A stretch of 41,521 bases of DNA from contig JYFJ02003448.1 in the NCBI GenBank assembly GCA_000934665.2, forward strand, positions 1 to 41,521. Reading direction: 5' to 3'. The position numbers were made by a program, and so were the translations under genes. The notes beneath the pieces are model-generated. The model saw only the letters and a program-made list of their open reading frames with translations. It was not told the origin of the DNA and did not search any database. How positions within the stretch are numbered: position 1 is the first letter of the stretch; each line of letters opens with the position of its first letter. Below are positions 34,291 to 41,521 of the stretch, piece after piece. The stretch comes from Catajapyx aquilonaris (lineage: Eukaryota).

Positions 34291-34631
34291 CTGGAAGAAG
34301 TAAATGTTTCATTAACTTGCAGGTGCAAAATAAATTTTAAAGGTCAAATCAGTTTGCCATGTCATATTAAGTCTTTGTAGAATTTAAATAGTTAATTCTG
34401 TAGGCCTACTCATAATAATCAAACCAAGTACAGTCTCCAAAGTGACCCTTCATTTAATACCATCACTAAGGTGAGAAAACAAATGTCATGCAAACCTGTC
34501 TCAGAAATACTGTAGGCTACATCCTTTGTCACCAGGTACAATGTTCTCAGTCTAGCCCCAGGCTAGTCTTTTCAGCTTACATACATTTTTCTACCTATGT
34601 CACCTTAATGAAATGTCTCAAAGAGCCTGAC

Positions 34632-34781
34632 CTGTGTTCTTTCGATGATGTCAAGTGCTTGTTGCCAATGTCTCTGGAAACTTGTGTAGCAAGCATACAA
34701 GTCAAGCTCAGGTGCAGGAGTTGATTCTCTTCTCTTCCTGGTAAAGCTCCCCCGCAGGGGAGTGTTCCGCATCCAGTTCAT
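34632..34781 (-). CDS. FHIP1: FHIP1/FAM160A-like gene, coding exon 1 (MNWMRNTPLRGSFTRKRRESTPAPELDLYACYTSFQRHWQQALDIIERTQ)
   Basis: Manual minus-strand translation, not in the ORF track. ATG at 34781, 50 codons. The FHIP N-terminal motif 'C..F..HWQQ...I' is present. Donor CAG|gtcagg at 34631, phase 0, matching the next exon. Upstream acceptor catag| at 34825. Confidence 0.9.
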
Positions 34782-35758
34782 CTTTCCTCTTATGGGTGCT
34801 CCTTCAGGTTGTACAAGTCATCATCTATGAATTAAGGAATGAAATATATTTCAATTGAGCCATAACAGTCACTAGACATATGCATTTATCAGTCAGGGTA
34901 ATGTAAGGGGCAGTATAATGATGTCACAGTGTATACATGCCTTAGAAAGACCTTTCACTTTCCAATCTGAGCATGCACCAGAACTTACATCAGCCTTAAT
35001 GAATGCAGTGCTTACAATGGGGTTACACCATAGTTACACTGGCTGATACATTAATACACCTATTGTAGTGGCAACTTCAAGCACAAGCATATTTTTTTGC
35101 CTCCCTTCATATCCACCAACATGTCTTGAGATTACCCCTGTTGAAAAACACTGATAGATTAGTTACTATTGTGATGTATGAAGTTATGATTTTTTGCATG
35201 ACCGAAACTCCATCTCGCTGACAACACCAAAAGGGGGGGCCAGATTGCAAAGATGATGCGTCAGCCAAGCGTCAGCTCACTTCTGCTGGAGGGATCAGAG
35301 ACAATCTGCTGGCTGTGCGAATGCTGACAGATGACATTTTTGAATGGCAGGAGAGAATTTGGCAATAGGAAAGAGAAACATGAGAGTAACATTTTATTGT
35401 AACATTTCAAATTTGGAAAGGGGGTCTGGGCATGACACTATTTCCCAAATAGGGACCATCTGTATTCATTTTAATTTTTTTGCCTTTTTTAGACAGAATA
35501 ATGATAGATTTAGCTGAAATCACAGTTTCATTAATATCTCAGGATCATGAATAGGTGATGAGTCACTGCATGGACAAAGTCCACCAGGGCCCTATGACCA
35601 GCGCCTGTCTCGCCTCCATTGACGTGGGTCCTATCCTCTCTGACCGCTACATGTTCTCTAATTGTTGGATGGCGAATGTGAAAATCTATGGTAACTGCTA
35701 CCTCGGCGATGAGTGTTGACGGGCATATGAGCAGAAGGACAGAATGAGGGAATTAGTA

Positions 35759-36774
35759 CAGTGAAACCTGTGCATTGCGGAATTGCATGGGACGCCAAAA
35801 ATGTTCCGTAATGGATAGGTTTCCCCTATATTCAGATCAAGGACGTTATATGATATTTTTTGCCGAAAGAGGGGGAAATGGGAGAGCAAAAATAAGCACC
35901 TTACCTCAACATGGTGCAAAATCAGTCCATACAGTAGACCTATTGTATTTAGACCCTTAAGCGTTGCTGTGATGCTTCAATTTTTGTGGAATAGTCTGTT
36001 TTGTCTGGCGTACAGCACAACTAAAAAATGGCAGTTTCGTTGACAATGTCCTCCTTGGAATACCCCGAACAAGTGCTTCCCACCTTCTCCTTCCAGTTTT
36101 CTACTTTATTGATATTCACAACACTTGCATCATCACACACTGTTTTCCACTAAATTCTGTGCCTGCTGTGAAAACTTTCCAGCCACCCATTTGAAGCACT
36201 AAATTTTGCCACACCAAGTTTTTGCCTGCTCTATTGGACCATCGGCATGGACATGGGCAATATGTTGAGCCTCTGTCAACCCCTCCCCGACATTTTAAAA
36301 CTGGACTGAACAGTGAACTAAACTTGAAGGCAGGGCACCTATGAATCATGAGTCACAATCTTCTTGGCCCTACCTGAAGCCCTCTGTTTTCCAACCCAAA
36401 ATAGTCCCCTTTCCTCACCTTTTATCTTCAAGGCCACAGGCCGGTAGCAATTACAGCAATCATGTGACACAGTATGGTGTCAGATGGTCCAGACAGTGTT
36501 ATTCTGGGGCCTCTTGGGAGGGCCAATGAACCCGGCTGTAGTTTCTAATTTTGTGACTCGCAGGAGATAATGTGAACCTTTTTGATTTCCATTATGAACA
36601 GAGATATTCTCTGAAGGGAGCCAAAAATCCCTTCCGTTTCTGTGTTGGGCAGGTTCTGTAATATCCGTCAAAAAAACACATTGCATGTCCTATGCATATG
36701 ACCGTTCCCAGAAATATTTCCGCATTGGATAGGTTTCCGCTATACCCAGGGTCCGTAATGGGCAGGTTTCACTG
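35759..36774 (-). mobile_element. internally deleted pogo/Tigger DNA transposon with transposase remnants
   Basis: TA|CAGTGAAACCTG ... CAGGTTTCACTG|TA termini. Minus strand about 36000-36230 reads KLGVAKFSASNGWLESFHSRHRI*WKTVCDDASVVN...WKEK...YSKEDIVNETAIF*LCCTPDK (CENP-B-type HTH 'SNGWL..F' plus the first DDE_1 motif, decayed). Confidence 0.85.
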
Positions 36775-37191
36775 TAGTATGATACTTGCATCCTTTTGCT
36801 TAGATGCTTCACATTTGACCTACAAATGGAAATATGACTATTTCCCTGAAACATGATTCACACAGGAGAAAAAGTATGAATGGTAAGCATATGGGATACC
36901 GTCACAAGATTTTTTTTAAGATCCTAATGATGTCACACATCAAATAGTGCTTTCATGTACACTCAAACAGCAGTAATTTCAATACCTATGAGGACATGAC
37001 AACTAAAAGCACTGCTACACCTTCACACAAAAAACAATACTGGTACTGTAATTCCCTGCAAAGTTAACAATTTTTTGAACCCCAAAAAATTATTTTCCAG
37101 TGCAGTTCCATATGCACTAAAAAACTGCTCTCATTTATGCAACAAACATGCTCCTTGTATGTGCTTATTCCACACTAGATAGGGTATAAAT

Positions 37192-37594
37192 GAAGACCTC
37201 GGGAGAAAAAACGATCAAGGTCCACCTCAGGTGATACTGAGATATTCGCATTTTAAATTTCGAAGGCCCATAAGGCTCCATTGTAAATCCCACTTTCGGG
37301 GCCTTCCATAGTGACCTACGATCATTACTTCACATCCACGACCAAACCATCATATTCTACACTAGTGACTTTATCTTCTAAGGGCCAGTTGCACCGGCCT
37401 CAGTATAACTTAGAACCTCGGGTATAACAAGAATTGCCATAGCAATAATTATTGTTGACCAACAATGATTGCTATGGCAATTCTTGTTATACCCGAGGTT
37501 CTAAGTTATACTGAGGCCGGTGCAACTGGCCCTAAGAGATGTAACTCATTTTTGACAAAAAGTGGACCTTGATTGTTTTTCTCCTGAGGTCTTC
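37192..37594. mobile_element. MITE with 4-bp AAAT TSD (Sola1-like)
   Basis: AAAT|GAAGACCTCGGGAGAAAAAACGATCAAGGTCCAC ... GTGGACCTTGATTGTTTTTCTCCTGAGGTCTTC|AAAT. Confidence 0.75.
37382..37532. mobile_element. PIF/Harbinger (Tourist-like) palindromic MITE, nested
   Basis: TAA|GGGCCAGTTGCACCGGCC ... GGCCGGTGCAACTGGCCC|TAA. The first about 65 bp of the arms are perfect. Confidence 0.92.
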
Positions 37595-37994
37595 AAATAA
37601 TGAGTCACATGATATGTCACATGCGATGGGAAGGTATCAACTACCATGCAAATTTGGCACAAAAAGTACGACTATTTAGACGCAGGTTTTTCAGTGTTCA
37701 CACTTTATAATGCAACGACAGGTAAATGTTCAAAGTTTAGCATACACTACATTTCTACACAATAAGTAGGCTATCATAGTGGTTATAACTCATATTGCAC
37801 TAATAAAATGAGCTTATATCAATATGCTCACACTGCTAATACAAAAATACCATGTACAATAAAATATACATGACTCTTCTAACTGAACAGTCAATCCCTT
37901 AACCCAACAATTGATTAATTGGCACTCATTAACAGCCCCCATACTTGCAACTTGGTTCCTCCCCAAGCTCTGAGGTACGCTATGTTTCTCTCAC

Positions 37995-38506
37995 CTCCTC
38001 TCGTGCATCGGACAACCAACAGATCAGTGGGGGCGTTGTCAAGTAGAAGCGATTGTGCTTCACACCCAGTCCAAAGTCGTCATCCTGCACCAATCTGCCA
38101 TCTTTTTACTCCCACAAGCTCATCTCATCTGTAATTCTGTAATGTGGGAAACAGTTTCACATGATCCCGCTGCATGGCGCCACAGTAGGGACAACGACCC
38201 TGCCATCTTCTCCCAGCCAGCGTAGGTAACACCACATTGTTCCGCTCCTAACAGTCAGGTGGGGCTACATGCGTCCTACGCCAGCGCTTAAAAGAAATTT
38301 TGGTGGCGGGCGGCTTAAGTGGAAATGGCCCTCCACTTTGCCTATTCCTTCGGATTAGCATGGACGATACTCGGAGATTCGGACAAGGTCCTGCTTCTAC
38401 AGCGTTACATCCTCTGGCTTGCCTTACACGAGAAGAGGTTTGAGCTGGTGTACTGGGGTTTTTTTGCCAGGAGGCGAATTATAGAATGGCGTCTACTAGT
38501 GTGAGT
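37995..38506. promoter_or_regulatory. candidate bidirectional promoter / first-exon region
   Basis: Locally CpG-richer than its flanks. Outward-facing donors GAG|gtgaga (minus, 37994) and AGT|gtgagt (plus, 38501). GC-box-like GGCGGG at about 38305. AAGATGGC/AATGGCG YY1-like motifs on diverging strands. Confidence 0.35.
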
Positions 38507-38783
38507 ATGCTAGATAGTTTGGCTGAAAAGCCTAGTAAAAAGATCACTAAATGTACCAGTTAATTTTAATATTCGTAGCATCAACCCAGAGGTCATTTTG
38601 GAACACCTAGTTAGAGTAAAATGTGCGTTCTATTTATTGTAATCATGTGATTCTTCAATGTCAGGTTGCTAACTTGGAGTAGCATGAACTCTCCTTGTTT
38701 GTTAATTTGAGGTTCCGTGGTGTTTTGGCAATGGTTGTAACCAAGGTGGAAAAAATTGAAATAACAATTTTTTGACAAATTAA

Positions 38784-39059
38784 CCCTGGAACCGTGCCAT
38801 GCCTACGAGTATTACGGCAACCGTGCCGTGGAGTCTTTTCGGACCCCACCATATTTTAATTTTTATTAATTATTATAAAATACTTGTCAATGTATCGACT
38901 ATATACAATCATCCTTTAAACAATCCCTAAAATGATTCAAAATAAACATGCACTTCCTGTTATATACTGTAAAAAAAATGGCAAAAGTTCATTGTAATTA
39001 TCATTTTAATGCATTTTTTTCCTTGGGGTCCAAAAAGACCCCACGGCACGGTTCCAGGG
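38784..39059. mobile_element. piggyBac-like MITE
   Basis: TTAA|CCCTGGAACCGTGCC ... GGCACGGTTCCAGGG|TTAA, with an internal duplicated AACCGTGCCGTGG subterminal repeat. Confidence 0.9.
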
Positions 39060-39133
39060 TTAATTAACGTTGCTGGCCGACAAAAGCATAGAAGCAACCC
39101 TCCAGCCGAATTTTGGGGAAGGTCTCTAATAAT

Positions 39134-39320
39134 CAGGGTTGTGAACCGAACCTTGCTCCGCGAACCCGCCAACAGCGGAGCCACTCCAGAGGAGTAGAGC
39201 CGGGTTCGGAGAGAGCGCCAGAGCTTGGCTCGGGTTCGAGCCGGTTCAGAGGGAGGGTGGAGCCAAGATCGGAGCGGGTTCAGAGTTTGGTTGGGAGCTT
39301 GCCAGCTTGGTTCAGAGAGC
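39134..39320 (+). repeat. GC-rich region with repeated GGTTC(A/G)GAG motifs; probable hAT-like subterminal region
   Basis: Starts CAGGGTTGTGAACC and has at least five GGTTCRGAG-like units. No matching right TIR found. Confidence 0.4.
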
Positions 39321-39383
39321 TGCCCCCCTTTCCATTTTGAGCTGGAAACGCCCTTGGTTGTAACTCAAATAATGTACATTCAG

Positions 39384-39733
39384 GGTCAGCGCCTCAATGG
39401 CTGCTGCTGGAAATAAGACGCCGCCGAGTGTGAGGGGATGGCGGCAGACTGTACATGGGCTGAGCTGGAAGCCAAAGAAAAGGCCAACCCAAAGCAGCAA
39501 GGTGTAAAGAGGGACCTACTGCGACAAAGGGACTACTGAGTGACCTTGGGTTCCAAGCTTGGAAAAAGCCTGGTGATCACCAAGGACACCCGAGGATCCC
39601 TGACTGGAGGATACTGTTGCAACATGTGATTGTGTTCAGTTATCAAGGATTTAATAAATTTCTTGGGCCACATCATTGCAAAGAAACATCAGAATCTGCA
39701 AATTGAGAGGTCCAGTTTGGATCAGGTGAAGTA
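39384..39733 (+). pseudogene. ZMAT2: ZMAT2/Snu23 (zinc finger matrin-type 2) pseudogene fragment
   Basis: One frame reads GQRLNGCCWK*DAAECEGMAADCTWAELEAKEKANPKQQGVKRDLLRQRDY*VTLGSKLGKSLVITKDTRGSLTGGYCCNM*LCSVIKDLINFLGHIIAKKHQNLQIERSSLDQVK*. Compare ZMAT2 '[30 protein letters not shown]...[28 protein letters not shown]...ERSTLDQVK'. Three internal stops; truncated at the 3' end. Confidence 0.9.
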
Positions 39734-41521
39734 ATATGTCAGCTATTTTCATGAAGCTGAGATGATTCTACACTGGGCAACAAAATTCAGAGTTTTTTTT
39801 TTTTTTTTTAAGTAGTAGTAGTAGCTCAGCTCTGAAGTAACTACAGTAAAATGAATGAAAGTTTGTGCAGTGCTATCCCTAGAGCCTAGAGGTAGTCCAA
39901 ATCACAATCACATGCCCAATCCAGTTTGGATCAGGTGTAGTCTGGGGTGCAGCATCCGGGCTTAGTATAACAAGCATGTGAAAAGGAACGTTATTATAGT
40001 AAACTAGCAATTGACACAATTTCATGCAGATGTAGTCCTAATTAACTTACGCCTCCGTAACTCCTTCAACCCCAGTTGCCTACATGTGTAGGCGATGAGA
40101 AATCGACCGCAGAGTCCAGCTATATTGCTATCGCCTGCATGCGTAGCCGCTGTAACATGGCTCACATCTAGGCAGGAAAAATACGTGCTGGGATATTCCC
40201 ATTGGCAACACTTGACCTTCTGGGATATACAGACACTAAGGCAGGCCAAAAAAAAACTCCCACGTGAATGTAGTATCAAGTTATAATATTAAATATTATC
40301 TGCATAACTGGTAGGCTATTCAGTGGTCGCAGGGGAAAAGAGCTCTGGGGCCAAAGGGGTTAATCCCGGCAATAGCAAAATGTTTCTGAATCAGACCCCT
40401 CAGAACAAGCGGCACTGTGCCATAGTGGTTATTGCCACATTAATTATGGACCTTTTTTTAAAATTTCAGATAGTAATTTTAAAATCAACCTAATATTCAG
40501 TACTAATAAAACACTTTGTTAATAAAAAAAGTCATGTTAAAACATTAATTACATTTGCTTAAAAATATGTTACAGCCTATGATGTCAATATCATATAATC
40601 CGTAATGCAAGTAGTGAGGTGGGGTCAAATTGATCCCACTTCTTTCTTTTATTGCAGAGTTGCACATATGTAATATAGTACTTCACTGTGCCAGATAGAC
40701 CATAATTATATCCTTGTTTTTGAGTACTGTATCAGTATTCTTGTAACTGTACAATGAAATCTGCCCACCGAGTACCCTGTATATAGTGGAGACTTGTTTC
40801 CTATGGAAAACTTACATGGTCACAACTGCAAGATGCGATTTTCTTTAAGCTTTTGTCTGATACAATGGATGTGTCTAACATCAAGAATTTTTAGGTCCAG
40901 AAGTAAGGAAACCCTGTGTAGTGGATTTCATACTGTGTTCATGTCAACCATAACTTAACTCCTGTTGCCAGTCACCAGATGTGTATGGCTGGGCGCAAAC
41001 GGGGCAATTTAGGAGGAACTTATTGCACATGCATCCACCAGGGAAAGCATTCAGCACATGAGCCAGGAGCGAGCGACCAGCACGTGCATGTTTCTCACAT
41101 GCTTGAAACTTGGAGGAAGCCTGAACACTCAAGACAGGGGTCAGACAACTTATCCCTCCCGAATTGCCCCATTTGCACCCGGCCTATTACATTTGGGCAG
41201 GAATAAGTTTTTTTCGGTTCCTGGTGTGACATTTGATTATAAAGATTTTATATTTTTCAACATGTATGATAATAAACCCTCGTAATATGTGGAATTTACT
41301 TGCTCAACCTTTTTATCTTCTATCATTGTGGCTTGCACTGCAGCATTTTCAGTTCCCTGATGAATTTTCAATACACGTATGTAACTAATGTAAAGAAAGA
41401 GCACTTCTGCTCTATGTTTAATTGTACTTGCCCAAACCCAGAATAATTCGCTCACCCTGATATTTCCCAGTTGAGAATATGGAAATGACGAAATATAAAT
41501 TAATTGCACATAAATAGGGTG

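Overview
This is animal (invertebrate, probably arthropod/protostome-like) genomic DNA, not prokaryotic. The main feature is a complete minus-strand FHIP1/FAM160A-family gene (FTS-Hook-interacting protein): 7 core coding exons from ATG 34781 to stop 16206, with GT-AG introns, giving 920 aa by my reconstruction. The ORF track misses its first coding exon. It also has a candidate 48-nt in-frame cassette exon at 25905-25952. Its introns and flanks are packed with non-autonomous DNA transposons (Tc1/mariner-, pogo/Tigger-, hAT-, PIF/Harbinger-, piggyBac- and Kolobok-like MITEs). Many are long near-perfect palindromes and some are nested three deep. There are six tRNA-headed SINEs, three with clean 15-17 bp TSDs and most sharing a 3' tail motif. 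Three decayed transposases are present (Merlin/ISXO2-like with an intron-like insert, Sola-like, pogo). A ZMAT2/Snu23 pseudogene lies head-to-head with FHIP1, beyond a candidate bidirectional promoter. I found no clearly novel enzymatic system; the best leads are gene-structure and transposon-biology observations. All family assignments come from recalled motifs, with no database search run.
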